Assembly: GCA_963668175.1 (NCBI GenBank) | Contig: OY764159.1 | Location: forward strand, 3,200,001 to 3,264,000 | Direction: 5' to 3' | Origin: Syntrophales bacterium | Lineage (GTDB): Bacteria; Desulfobacterota; Syntrophia; Syntrophales; PHBD01 | DNA: 64,000 nucleotides | Shown here: positions 30,147-40,405 of the stretch, piece after piece | How positions within the stretch are numbered: position 1 is the stretch's first letter | Layout: every line of letters begins with the position of its first letter | Notes under the pieces: generated by a model | The model's database searches: none | Told to the model about the DNA's origin: nothing | The model's input: only the letters and a program-made list of their open reading frames with translations | Translations under genes and position numbers: made by a program

Positions 30147-31433
30147 ATGAACCACCGCGTGATGCGTTTTGTCGTTTTCCTGGCCGTCCTGGGCCTGCTT
30201 TTCGGGTTCGGTCCCGTAGCCGGCTCCGTCCAGGCCGCCGAAGGCGAAAAGATCATCAAGATCGGCACCATCTTCCCTCTCACGGGTCCGGTGGCTACGG
30301 CCGGCCAGCGCTGCCAGGCTGCGGTACAGACGGCCGTGGAGATCCTCAACAACAAGCACCCCGAAGTCAAGGTCCCTCTGGCCAATAAGGGCGGCATCTT
30401 GGGCGGCTACAAGATCGTCCTCGTCCATGCGGACAGCCAGGGCAAGGCCGACGTCGGCAAGGCCGAGGCCGAGCGCCTCATCAACCAGGAAAAGGTCTGG
30501 GGACTGATCGGCTCGTACAACAGCTCCGTGAGCATGCCCGCCAGCCTCGTGGCCGAGCGCGCCAAGAAGATCTTCATGTGCGGCTCCTCCAGCTCCGCGG
30601 CTCTGACCCAGCGTGAAAATATAAAATATTTCTTCCGCCTGGCCCCCACGGACGAGATCGAATCGGCCGAGTTTGTGGATGTCCTGAAGTGGATGAACAG
30701 TAAGAAGAAGGCCAATATCAAAACCCTCGGTCTTATTTATGAAAACAGCGTCTTCGGCAAGCATGCCGCCGAAGAAGCCAAGAAGGCAGCCGCCGCCGGC
30801 GGTTTCAAGGTCGTCGCCGATGTTCCCTTCACGCCGGGCGCCACGAACCTGAACAGCGAAATCCAGACCCTCAAGAAGGCCAACCCCGATGCACTCTTCG
30901 GAGCCGTCCTCGGCGCCGACTACTCTCTGATGGTCCGCACCGCGAAACAGATGGCCTGGCTGCCCAAGATCGCCATCAACTACTGCTCCGGTTATCAGGA
31001 CCCGGTCATCGCCAAACAGCTGGGCGGCGACGCCGACTTTTTCATGGGCTCCACGGCCTATTCGCCCCAGTTCGCGAGCCTAATGCCCGCCGTGGCCGCG
31101 GTCGAGAAGATATTCAAATCGAAGACCGGCGGCGTCCCCTATGACGGCGACAGCATCCAGGAGACGGTGGCTATGCTGGTCCTGGCTCAGGCCATCGAAA
31201 AGGCCGGCAACCTCGATCCCGACAAGGTCGCCCAGGTCCTCATGACCACCACGTTCGATTCGCCCATGTCCCTGGGAGGCAAAGTCAGCTTCGTGAAGGG
31301 CGGCCAGAACGCCAAGGCCCAGAGCATCATCACCCAGCTTCAGGGCGGCGAGTACAGACGGATCTATCCGGAAGCGTTGGCCGAAAAGAAGGCCAGCATC
31401 GTCTTCCCCATGAAAGCATGGGACAAGAGATAG
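30147..31433 (+). CDS. livK: Liv-type (HAAT family) ABC transporter substrate-binding protein
   Basis: Signal peptide, IKIGTIFPLTG, GSYNSSV, YFFRLAP; GGAGG RBS. Confidence 0.9.
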   Translation: MNHRVMRFVVFLAVLGLLFGFGPVAGSVQAAEGEKIIKIGTIFPLTGPVATAGQRCQAAVQTAVEILNNKHPEVKVPLANKGGILGGYKIVLVHADSQGKADVGKAEAERLINQEKVWGLIGSYNSSVSMPASLVAERAKKIFMCGSSSSAALTQRENIKYFFRLAPTDEIESAEFVDVLKWMNSKKKANIKTLGLIYENSVFGKHAAEEAKKAAAAGGFKVVADVPFTPGATNLNSEIQTLKKANPDALFGAVLGADYSLMVRTAKQMAWLPKIAINYCSGYQDPVIAKQLGGDADFFMGSTAYSPQFASLMPAVAAVEKIFKSKTGGVPYDGDSIQETVAMLVLAQAIEKAGNLDPDKVAQVLMTTTFDSPMSLGGKVSFVKGGQNAKAQSIITQLQGGEYRRIYPEALAEKKASIVFPMKAWDKR

Positions 31434-31708
31434 TTTATATTTAGCAGTCTTTCACATTGAGCAAAATTCCCGCCGGCGCAGGCAGACGTCCACACGGACT
31501 GTGCGTGCCCGGCGGGATTGCGGTTTGTTTGATCATTTGAATACGGCGCGCCGTAAGTGTGCTGCCGGTCATTGGAGACTAAAGCCCGGCCCTGGCGGCC
31601 GATGGCCCGCATGAAGATCTGCGGCGCGGAAAAGATTTATGCCGTACCTTGCGCAGGACAAAATCGGATCGACTGAAAACGGCCTGCCTTAAGGTAACAA
31701 AAGGTTCC

Positions 31709-32569
31709 ATGGAGACATTCGTACAAGTATTGATAGACGGCCTGCTTGCCGGCATGGTGTACGCCCTGGTGGCCGCCGGGCTCTGCCTCATCTGGGGCGT
31801 CATGGACGTCATCAACTTCGCCCACGGCGAATTCCTGATGATCGGCATGTACGTGAGCTACTGGCTGGGATTCCTGGCGAATGTCGACCCGGTCCTGTCC
31901 GTTTTCGCCTCTGCGGCCTTCGTCTTCATCCTGGGGGCGGTGACATACAAGCTCCTGATCCGCCATACGATCGGCAAGGCCGGTCTCGTGGCGCTCCTGG
32001 CGACCTTCGGTCTCGCCATGGTCCTCAAGAACTTCTGCATGAACCGCTTTTCCCCGAACTTCCTCATCCTTTCGAATACCTGGCTCGGCGACAAGACGTT
32101 CCAGATCGGCGGCCTGATCTTCCCGGTGCCGCAGCTTGCAGCCGCGGCCCTGTCGCTCATCGTCGTCGTCCTGGTCTATGCCCTCATGAATACGACCCGT
32201 TTCGGCTGGGCCACCCAGGCCACGGCCCTGGACAAGGAGGCGGCGGAAATCGTCGGCATCAACACCGAGAACATCTATGTCCTGATTTTCGGGATCGGCG
32301 GGGCCTGCGTCGGCGCGGCCGGGGGCATCATGCCCTCCTATCTTGCCGTGCACCCGGAAGTCGGCTCCCTGTTCGGGCTCATCGCCTTTATCTGCGTCGC
32401 CATGGGCGGCTTCGGGTCCATCCCGGGGGCCTTCCTGGCGGGGCTTCTGGTCGGCGTCGTGGAGGCCCTGGCAGGCTTCTATATCGCTCCGGTCTTTAAG
32501 TACATCGCCGTTTTCGGTCTCTATCTGGCCGTTGTCTTCCTGCGGCCGAAAGGCATTTTCGGATGGTGA
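31709..32569 (+). CDS. livH: Liv-type ABC permease
   Basis: GMVYALVAAGLCLIWGVMDVINFAHGEF, GGFGSIPGA. Confidence 0.92.
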   Translation: METFVQVLIDGLLAGMVYALVAAGLCLIWGVMDVINFAHGEFLMIGMYVSYWLGFLANVDPVLSVFASAAFVFILGAVTYKLLIRHTIGKAGLVALLATFGLAMVLKNFCMNRFSPNFLILSNTWLGDKTFQIGGLIFPVPQLAAAALSLIVVVLVYALMNTTRFGWATQATALDKEAAEIVGINTENIYVLIFGIGGACVGAAGGIMPSYLAVHPEVGSLFGLIAFICVAMGGFGSIPGAFLAGLLVGVVEALAGFYIAPVFKYIAVFGLYLAVVFLRPKGIFGW

Positions 32570-33597
32570 CGCCGGTGCAGCATAAGACCTTGAACGGCAA
32601 GGATATCGCCTGGATCGTCTTCCTGGCGGCGGCGGCATGCGTACCTCTGATTCCCGCCGTGGCCGACAACTCCTTCTGGATGCACATCCTGATTCTCATT
32701 CTCCTTTACGCCAGCATGGGTCAGGCCTGGAACATCATCGGCGGCTACTGCGGCCAGGTGTCCTTCGGCCATTCGGTCTTCTTCGGCATCGGGGCCTACG
32801 GCGCCGGCATGGCCGTTGTAACCTACGGCGGCGTGCCGTGGATCGGCATATTGATCGGTGTCTTACTCGCGGCGGCGGTCGCCGTCGTCATCAGTTACCC
32901 CTGTTTCAAGCTTTCCGGGCACTACTTCGCCATCGCCACTTTCGCCATTGTGGAGATATTCTACCGGGTCTTCATGGTCTGGGACTGGGTCGGCGGCGCC
33001 CTGGGGCTCGATTACCCCCTCGTCGAGGAGGGATTCAAGAACCTCATGTGGCACAGTTCCAAAACGAATTACTATTACTGCGCCCTGGCCCTCTTTATCT
33101 TGATTTTCGGCGTAGTCCGGTGGCTTTCCGGACACCGTTTCGGCTACTACATGCGTGCCGTCCGGGAGGGACAGGAAACCGCCGAATCCCTCGGCGTCAA
33201 CAGCACGGCGGTGAAACTCTGGGCAATGGCCCTTTCCGCAGCGCTATCCGCCCTCTGCGGTGCGTTTTTCGTCCAGTACAACCTCCGGGTCGACCCGCCG
33301 ATGGTCATTTCCCTCGACGCGTCGATGAAGTTCGTCCTCATCACCATCATGGGCGGCGCGGGGACCCTGGCCGGTCCGCTTCTCGGCGCCGCGGTGCTCA
33401 TTCCGCTGCAGGAATACACCCGCGCCCTGTGGGGCGGCCTGGGCGGCGGCATCGACTTGATGATCTTCGGCTTCATCATCATGTTCATGATCATCAACCA
33501 GCCCGCCGGGATGATCGGCATTCTCAATGCCGTCCGGAAGAAATTCGGCAAGAAAACGGACCTTGCGAAAGGAGAAGCGATCGATGCCGCTCCTTGA
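32563..33597 (+). CDS. livM: Liv-type ABC permease
   Basis: AWNIIGGYCGQVSFGHSVFFGIGAY, GHYFAIAT, GGAGTLAGP. Confidence 0.92.
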   Translation: MVTPVQHKTLNGKDIAWIVFLAAAACVPLIPAVADNSFWMHILILILLYASMGQAWNIIGGYCGQVSFGHSVFFGIGAYGAGMAVVTYGGVPWIGILIGVLLAAAVAVVISYPCFKLSGHYFAIATFAIVEIFYRVFMVWDWVGGALGLDYPLVEEGFKNLMWHSSKTNYYYCALALFILIFGVVRWLSGHRFGYYMRAVREGQETAESLGVNSTAVKLWAMALSAALSALCGAFFVQYNLRVDPPMVISLDASMKFVLITIMGGAGTLAGPLLGAAVLIPLQEYTRALWGGLGGGIDLMIFGFIIMFMIINQPAGMIGILNAVRKKFGKKTDLAKGEAIDAAP

Positions 33598-34342
33598 TGT
33601 CCGCGATTGCACGATGAAATTCGGGGAACTGGTCGCCTGCGACCGCGTGACGTTCTCCGTGGAGGCAGGTTCGATCGTGGGGCTGATCGGCCCCAACGGC
33701 GCAGGGAAGACGACCCTGTTCAACTGCATCTCCGGCCTCTACAAGCCGGCCGGCGGCAGCATCGTCTTCGACGGCGCGGACATCACGGGCCTCAAGCCCT
33801 ACGAGATCGCACGCCTGGGCGCCGTTCGCACCTTCCAGGTGGTCCGTCCCCTCAAGGACATGACCGTCTTCGACAACGTGCTGGTCGGCGCATTCCTCAA
33901 GACGACCGACAAGAAAGAGGCCCTCGCGAATACGGCCGAATGCCTCCGGCTCTGCAACCTGGAATCCAACCGGAACAAGCAGGCGGGCGAACTCTCCATC
34001 GGCGGAAAGAAACGCCTGGAAATGGCGAGAGCCCTCGCGACCCGTCCGAAGCTCCTCATGCTCGACGAGGTCATGGCGGGCATGACGTCCACCGAAGTGA
34101 AGGCATCCGTCGAGGTGATCCTCCGCCTCCGCGAGAGCGGCATCACCCTCATGATCGTGGAGCACGTCATGGAAGGGATCATGCCCATCGCCGACAAGAT
34201 CGTCGTCCTCGACGGCGGCGTCAAGATCGCCGAAGACGCCCCCGGCGCCATCAGCAACGACGAGCGGGTCATCGAGGCCTACCTGGGCGCGAAGTACTCC
34301 CAGCGCTTCAAGACCCGGAAGGAGGATCAATCACTTGCCTGA
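33584..34342 (+). CDS. livG: Liv-type ABC ATPase
   Basis: GPNGAGKTT, RTFQ, LLMLDE, VEH, VIEAYLG. Confidence 0.93.
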   Translation: MPLLDVRDCTMKFGELVACDRVTFSVEAGSIVGLIGPNGAGKTTLFNCISGLYKPAGGSIVFDGADITGLKPYEIARLGAVRTFQVVRPLKDMTVFDNVLVGAFLKTTDKKEALANTAECLRLCNLESNRNKQAGELSIGGKKRLEMARALATRPKLLMLDEVMAGMTSTEVKASVEVILRLRESGITLMIVEHVMEGIMPIADKIVVLDGGVKIAEDAPGAISNDERVIEAYLGAKYSQRFKTRKEDQSLA

Positions 34343-35051
34343 ACCTATCCTCACAGTCCGGGACCTTTATGCCGGTTACGATGGGATTCCCGTCGTTTTC
34401 GGCATCACCCTGCAGGTGGAGCCGGGCGAGCTGGTCGCCATCGTGGGTTCGAACGGCGCCGGGAAAACGACTACCATGCGGACCATCTGCGGCCTCAACC
34501 GCCCCCTGCAGGGAACGATCCGCTTCAACGGCGTCGATATCTCCAAAATGCCGGCCCACAAGACGCTGAAGCTCGGTATCAGCTACGTCCCCGAAGGCCG
34601 GAGGCTCTTCGCCAAGCTTTCGGTCGCGCAGAACCTTGCCCTGGGCGCCTATACGGAGAAATCAAAGGCCGAAATCGGACGCCGCCTGGATGAAATTCTC
34701 GAGATATTTCCGGTCCTCAGGGAAAGGGCGAAACAGACCGCCGAAACGCTGAGCGGCGGGGAGCAGCAGATGCTCGCCATCGCCCGCGGCCTCATGTCTC
34801 GCCCCAAGCTTCTCATGCTCGATGAAATGTCCCTGGGGCTCATGCCCAGCATGGTGGAGAAGATGATGGCCACGATCACCGACGTCAACCGGTCGGGGAC
34901 GACGGTTCTTCTCGTCGAACAGATGGTCCAGGAGGCCCTGGAGATCGCCCACCGCGGCTATGTGATCCAGAGCGGAAAGATCGTCCAGACGGGGACTGCC
35001 CGCGAACTGCTCGATTCGGACGAAGTCCGCAAGGCCTACATGGGGATGTAA
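34335..35051 (+). CDS. livF: Liv-type ABC ATPase
   Basis: GSNGAGKTT, VPEGRRLF, LSGGEQQMLAIAR, VEQ; TTG start after GGAGG. Confidence 0.93.
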   Translation: MPEPILTVRDLYAGYDGIPVVFGITLQVEPGELVAIVGSNGAGKTTTMRTICGLNRPLQGTIRFNGVDISKMPAHKTLKLGISYVPEGRRLFAKLSVAQNLALGAYTEKSKAEIGRRLDEILEIFPVLRERAKQTAETLSGGEQQMLAIARGLMSRPKLLMLDEMSLGLMPSMVEKMMATITDVNRSGTTVLLVEQMVQEALEIAHRGYVIQSGKIVQTGTARELLDSDEVRKAYMGM

Positions 35052-35210
35052 AGGCGCCCCGGCATTCTTGCGTTCTTCAATGATAAGTCATCATGCCGCC
35101 TCACCCTTTTTCACAGTGGACAACCCGGTCGCCCGGCCCCTTGTCGCCGCCTCCCGAGTGTAGGTATTATCCCCGGTGTTTCGTTGTGAACGCTGCTTTC
35201 CCCTTTTACC

Positions 35211-35226
35211 CGGCATAAATATTGCT
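35211..35226 (+). promoter_or_regulatory. Putative sigma54 (-24/-12) promoter
   Basis: CGGCAT-AAATA-TTGCT, exact GG-N10-GC spacing. Confidence 0.6.
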
Positions 35227-35310
35227 TATTTCATCGAATGGATGCAAGGCTCCCAACGGCGGCGCCGACGACGACAAAATCATGTATCTCATCGTTTAAA
35301 AAGGACTAAT

Positions 35311-36987
35311 ATGCTTCCAGGCTCCGACAACGGATCATCGACCTCCGATACGCCCCATCCCGACGGCCGAAGAGCGGGCGGATGGATCACCGTCCCGCAC
35401 AACATCGTTCTCATTGCCGCCGTGTTTTTCGTCTGTATTGTCGCCGCGGCGCTCATCATGAGTCACCGGGATTTCGAGACGGCAAGGCGGAATGCCCTGG
35501 ACGCCGACAGAACAACGGCCAATCTCTTGGCGGCCCTTCTTCACGAACACAATCAGGCAACACTGGGCATCCTCCAGTCCTATGCCAGGCGGCCCCTCTT
35601 CGTGGACGCCGTCCGGCGCCGCGATGTTCAAAGCGTATCCAGGCACCTGGCCGATCTCAAGAAGAACGCCGAAATCGACCTGACGTTCGTTACGGACCCG
35701 AAAGGCCGCCTCTGGGCAAACTTTCCGGTCTATCCGGAAGCCATCGGCAGGGACCTGTCGGGCCGCGACTGGTACAAAGGCGTAAGTTACCGCAGGTATC
35801 CTTACGTCTCCAACGTGTTCAAACTGATCGTCGGCGAACAGGCCTTGGCCGTCGCCATGGCCGTCCCCGTGTTCGACGGGGAAGAAAAGATCATAGGAAT
35901 TCTTGGCTGCTCGCAAAGGCTCAGTTTTCTGGAGCAGGCCATCAGGCAGGTGCCCATGGACCCCTATATGACCGTCAGCGTCATCGACCGTATGGGGCAA
36001 ACGCTGTATAACAGCAGGGAACCGCATCGGGGCGATATCAAGATTTACCCATCTTTCCCGCTCGTCGAATCCGTGCTTGAGGAAACAACGCACCAAATCG
36101 AAACCGACGCCCGCCGGCAGGGAGGGGAAAAAGAGTATATTACGGCCTTCCCCGTCGGCGACTGCGGCTGGACGGTCATCGGCGAACGCCCCTTAAGAAA
36201 TATTTACCGATCGGCCATGAGTCATTTCGTCGAGACGGGTATCATCTCCATCCTGCTGTTTCTCCTGATTGTCTTTTTCCTGAGTTACCTGAGACGGCTG
36301 TTCCTTCACAGGAAGACCAGGGAACTCCTGGAGACGGAGATGAAACTGAGGCAGACGGAGGAATCGGAACGGGAGACCAGGGAATACCTGGAAAAGCTGA
36401 TTGACACGGCCAGTGTTCCGATTGTCGTCTGGGACCCACGTTTCAGGATCACCCGCTTCAACCGCGCCTTCGAAGACCTGACGGGACGGCAGGCGCCGGA
36501 CGTCCTCGGGGAGGAGCTCGGCCTGCTCTTTCCCGAAGAGCGCCGGGAAGAGAACCTCGCGCTCACGCGCCTGACGGCCGGGGGCGGACGATGGGATGCC
36601 GTCGAAATACCGATCCTCCGCAAGGACGGCTCGGTGCGCACCGTGCTTTGGAATTCCGCCACCCTGTATGGCCCCGACGGCCATACGGCCCTGGCAACCA
36701 TCGCCCAAGGCCTCGACATCACGGACCGCAAGCATTACGAAAAGGCCATCGAGGAAGAAAAGGAAAGGCTGAAGCAAGCCCTGGACGAGGTCAGAACGCT
36801 CCGGGGCATCATACCCATTTGTTCGAACTGCAAGAAGATCCGGGACGACAAGGGATACTGGAACCAGGTGGAGCAGTACCTCATGGATCATACCGAGGCC
36901 GAGTTCAGCCATGGAATCTGTCCCGCATGTGCGGAAGCCCTTTATCCCGATCTATTCAATAAGAAAAAGACGGCCGATGGACATTGA
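35311..36987 (+). CDS. Membrane sensor: dCache + PAS + C-terminal Cys-rich domain, no kinase domain
   Basis: Two TM, DLSGRDWYKG Cache motif, PAS-PAC (RKDG...DITDRK), IPICSNCKKIRDDKGYW...SHGICPAC. Confidence 0.85.
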   Translation: MLPGSDNGSSTSDTPHPDGRRAGGWITVPHNIVLIAAVFFVCIVAAALIMSHRDFETARRNALDADRTTANLLAALLHEHNQATLGILQSYARRPLFVDAVRRRDVQSVSRHLADLKKNAEIDLTFVTDPKGRLWANFPVYPEAIGRDLSGRDWYKGVSYRRYPYVSNVFKLIVGEQALAVAMAVPVFDGEEKIIGILGCSQRLSFLEQAIRQVPMDPYMTVSVIDRMGQTLYNSREPHRGDIKIYPSFPLVESVLEETTHQIETDARRQGGEKEYITAFPVGDCGWTVIGERPLRNIYRSAMSHFVETGIISILLFLLIVFFLSYLRRLFLHRKTRELLETEMKLRQTEESERETREYLEKLIDTASVPIVVWDPRFRITRFNRAFEDLTGRQAPDVLGEELGLLFPEERREENLALTRLTAGGGRWDAVEIPILRKDGSVRTVLWNSATLYGPDGHTALATIAQGLDITDRKHYEKAIEEEKERLKQALDEVRTLRGIIPICSNCKKIRDDKGYWNQVEQYLMDHTEAEFSHGICPACAEALYPDLFNKKKTADGH

Positions 36988-37130
36988 ATCCGTGAGGCGC
37001 GATCCTTCACCATCGCTGACCATTCGATCCATCCGCCGGGAACGACATGCCCGTTGGGCTATGTCATTAGGCCGTCACGGGATCGGTGCGCATGCGAAGG
37101 AGCGACTGCTCATAGAGGAAAGGGAAACGG

Positions 37131-40100
37131 ATGAAAGGTCATACTGAGAGCGAGGCGGATATCCGGAACGAGCTAGCCGCCTTGAAACAAGAAAACGAAG
37201 AACTGGAAAGGACGGCTGCCGAATGCCGTCTGCGGAATAAAATGCTGGAAGCCGAGGTTGCCGGATGGGGCAAGATATTCAACGCCGTGGGAAGCGCCGT
37301 CTGGCTGTTGGACAGAAACCATCGTATCGTGCAGGCGAACCGGGCGACGAAAGAGATATTCGGTCTGGCTCCTGAAGAGCTGATCGGCCGTTTCTGCCAT
37401 GAAGTGGTCCACTGCACGTCAGGTCCCCTGCCGGAGTGTCCCTGCAATTTCATGAGAGAGACCCTTCAAAGGGAAACGATGGAACTCGATCTGGGCGAAC
37501 GGCGCCTGGAGATCGTTGCGGATCCCATACTGGACGCGGAGGGTCGTCTCATGGGGATCGTCCATATCGTCAGCGACATTACCCGGCGCCGGGAGATGGT
37601 CGAAGCCATGCGGCAGAAAGAAGAGATGCTGTCGAGCATCTTCCGTGCCGCCCCGGCCGGCATCGGAATCGTCAAAGACAGGATATTCCAGGAAACCAAC
37701 GACAAACTCTCCCATATGACGGGTTACTCCCGTGAGGAAATTGTCGGCCGCAACACCCGTTTCATTTATGGCACGGACGAAGACTGCGAAGAGGTCGGCA
37801 GGGAGATACGCGAACAGATCGACACGAAGAACACCGCCACCATCGAGACGCGCTGGAGGACGAAAGACGGCAGGCAGATCGACATCATCCTTATGGTGAC
37901 GCCTCTCGATCCCAATGAGCCGCAGGGCAAGCATACTTTCACTGCCCTGGACGTCACGGAACTCAAGCGCGCGGAGGAAGCCGTACGGTCGGGAGAGGAG
38001 CGATACCGGGTCATCGCCGAAAACGCCAAGGTCGTGATCTGGATGATGGACATGGAGATGCGTTACACGTATGTGAGCCCTTCCGTCAGGCGCAACCTGG
38101 GTTATCTACCGGAAGAGTTCGTCACATTGCCCCTTCGTGAATTGATCCCCTCTCCTTCCCTGAGACTTTGCACGGAAATCTTCGAGCAGGAATTAGAGGA
38201 AGAAAGAAACCCCAACCGGGATTTGTTCCGTTCCCGGTCCATCGAGGCCGAACACATCCACAGGGACGGACGGACCATCCCGGTGGAAATCAACATGACC
38301 TACATCCGCGACACAGCCGGGAAAGCCGTCGGGATTCTCGGAATCACACGCGACATGACGGCCCAAAAGCAAGCCGCAGAAAAGCTTTACGCGAGCGAAC
38401 GGCGTTACCGCCAGCTCATCGACCAGGCAGCCGACGGCATCTTTGTCGTAAGTACCGCCGGCGATTATCTCCTGGTCAACCGGAAGTTCTGCGAGATGTC
38501 GGGGTACACGGAAGAAGAACTTCTCAAATTGAATGTAACCGCGACTTACCCCGACGAAATGAAAGATGTCGGCGAGCAGCGGGTCCGGCGCGTCACCGCC
38601 GGCGAAAGCATGCGGTTCGAGCGGCCCATGAAGCGGAAGGACGGAACGATATTCTTCGTGGAATTGAGCGTTTCGAGGCTGGAAGACGGAAGGCACCAGG
38701 GATTCGTTCACGACATCACCGAACGCAGGAAGACGGACAACGAACTGCGGCGCCTGAGCATCGCCATCGAACAGGCGGCGGAAGAGATCATGATCACCGA
38801 TCCGGAAGGCGTCATTCAATACGTCAACCCGGCCTTCGAACATATCACGGGATTCTCCCGCCGGGATGCCATTGGCCAGACCCCGCGGATATTGAAGAGC
38901 GGCGTCCACGATAAAACGTTCTATGAGCAGTTATGGAATACGATCAAGGGCGGCAATATATGGAAGGGCCGCATTAACAACAAGCGTCAGGACGGCAAGC
39001 TGATCCAGGAAGACGGCATCATCAGTCCCCTCGTCAATTCGCAGGGAGAATTGACGGGATACGTTTCCCTGAAGAGGGACATCACCGAGTCGGTCATTCT
39101 CGAGGCCCAGCTCCGCCAGGCCCAGAAGATGGAGGCCATCGGCACCCTTGCCGGCGGCATCGCCCACGATTTCAACAATATGCTCGGGGCCATGATGGGT
39201 TATGTCGAACTGGCAAGATACAGGACCGCGGACACGGCGATCCAGGCCTACCTGGAGCAGGTTCTCACCGCCTGCAACCGCGCCAGGGACCTGGTCGCCC
39301 AAATCCTCACCTTCAGCCGACAACGCGAGCAGGAGAAGAAACCGGTGGCGGTCGTACCCATCGTCAAAGAGGCGATGAAGCTCCTCCGGGCGTCCCTGCC
39401 GGCCACCATCGAAATCCGCCAGCATTACGAAATCGACAACGACACCACTTTGGCCGATCCCACACAGATCCATCAGGTGCTGATGAACCTGTGCACCAAT
39501 GCCGTTCACGCCATGAGGGATCACGAGGGTGTCCTGGAGATCGTTCTCTCCGAACAAATAATCTCCGCCGGCCCCGTAGTCTATCAGCAGGATATTCATC
39601 CGGGGCATTATTTAAAACTCTCCGTCTCAGATACGGGCGAAGGGATCGACCCCGCCATCCAGGAGAAGATTTTCGATCCGTTCTTCACGACCAAGAAACA
39701 GGGCGAGGGAACGGGATTGGGACTGTCCACCGTTTACGGTATCGTCAAGGACCATGGCGGCATCATCGAACTGGAAACCGCTCCGGGGTCCGGAACGACG
39801 TTTACGATCCTGCTGCCTCTGATCGACGCCGTCGGTCAGGGAGAAGACAGGACGCCGGAAGACATCCCGAGAGGCAGCGGGCGAATACTGCTCGCGGACG
39901 ATGAAGAGCCCATGGCCTCCCTGGGTGCGGAAATGCTCGCCTCGCTGGGCTACGACGTATCCGTGAGGCTTAGCAGCCGGGACGCCCTGGAGGCTTTCCG
40001 CAAACAGCCGGACAAATTCGATCTTGTCATAACGGACATGACCATGCCCAATATGACCGGCGTCGCGATGGCCAGGGAAATGCTGAAAATTCGGCCGGGC

Positions 40101-40247
40101 CTCCCGCTTATTCTGACGACGGGATTCAGCGAACGGATCAATGAGGAAGAGGCGAAACGGATCGGATTCAAGGCCTTTCTCATGAAACCTGTATCGTTTC
40201 CCATTCTGGCCAGAACCGTCAAGGACGTCCTGGGCGAAAAGGTATAA
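37131..40247 (+). CDS. Cytoplasmic hybrid histidine kinase (5 PAS, HisKA, HATPase, REC)
   Basis: QAQKMEAIGTLAGGIAHDFNN, NLCTNA, DTGEG, FFTTK, GTGLGL, LVITDMTMP. Confidence 0.95.
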   Translation: MKGHTESEADIRNELAALKQENEELERTAAECRLRNKMLEAEVAGWGKIFNAVGSAVWLLDRNHRIVQANRATKEIFGLAPEELIGRFCHEVVHCTSGPLPECPCNFMRETLQRETMELDLGERRLEIVADPILDAEGRLMGIVHIVSDITRRREMVEAMRQKEEMLSSIFRAAPAGIGIVKDRIFQETNDKLSHMTGYSREEIVGRNTRFIYGTDEDCEEVGREIREQIDTKNTATIETRWRTKDGRQIDIILMVTPLDPNEPQGKHTFTALDVTELKRAEEAVRSGEERYRVIAENAKVVIWMMDMEMRYTYVSPSVRRNLGYLPEEFVTLPLRELIPSPSLRLCTEIFEQELEEERNPNRDLFRSRSIEAEHIHRDGRTIPVEINMTYIRDTAGKAVGILGITRDMTAQKQAAEKLYASERRYRQLIDQAADGIFVVSTAGDYLLVNRKFCEMSGYTEEELLKLNVTATYPDEMKDVGEQRVRRVTAGESMRFERPMKRKDGTIFFVELSVSRLEDGRHQGFVHDITERRKTDNELRRLSIAIEQAAEEIMITDPEGVIQYVNPAFEHITGFSRRDAIGQTPRILKSGVHDKTFYEQLWNTIKGGNIWKGRINNKRQDGKLIQEDGIISPLVNSQGELTGYVSLKRDITESVILEAQLRQAQKMEAIGTLAGGIAHDFNNMLGAMMGYVELARYRTADTAIQAYLEQVLTACNRARDLVAQILTFSRQREQEKKPVAVVPIVKEAMKLLRASLPATIEIRQHYEIDNDTTLADPTQIHQVLMNLCTNAVHAMRDHEGVLEIVLSEQIISAGPVVYQQDIHPGHYLKLSVSDTGEGIDPAIQEKIFDPFFTTKKQGEGTGLGLSTVYGIVKDHGGIIELETAPGSGTTFTILLPLIDAVGQGEDRTPEDIPRGSGRILLADDEEPMASLGAEMLASLGYDVSVRLSSRDALEAFRKQPDKFDLVITDMTMPNMTGVAMAREMLKIRPGLPLILTTGFSERINEEEAKRIGFKAFLMKPVSFPILARTVKDVLGEKV

Positions 40248-40405
40248 CCGTAAATGACGCTCCCTTCCTCCTTGACCTGCCAACGCTTGTGTGAGACGAT
40301 GCCCCGCAGCGGAAACCGGAACGCTCCATCAAAAAAACCATGCGGACAGACAGTGCCGACACGATGCTCCGGCGACCGAAAGAGCCTACAGACGAGGATC
40401 GGACG

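Noticed and set aside
31465..31520. GC-rich hairpin between livK and livH as a possible ncRNA
   Set aside because: Adequately explained as the common stabilising/attenuating stem after a binding-protein gene.
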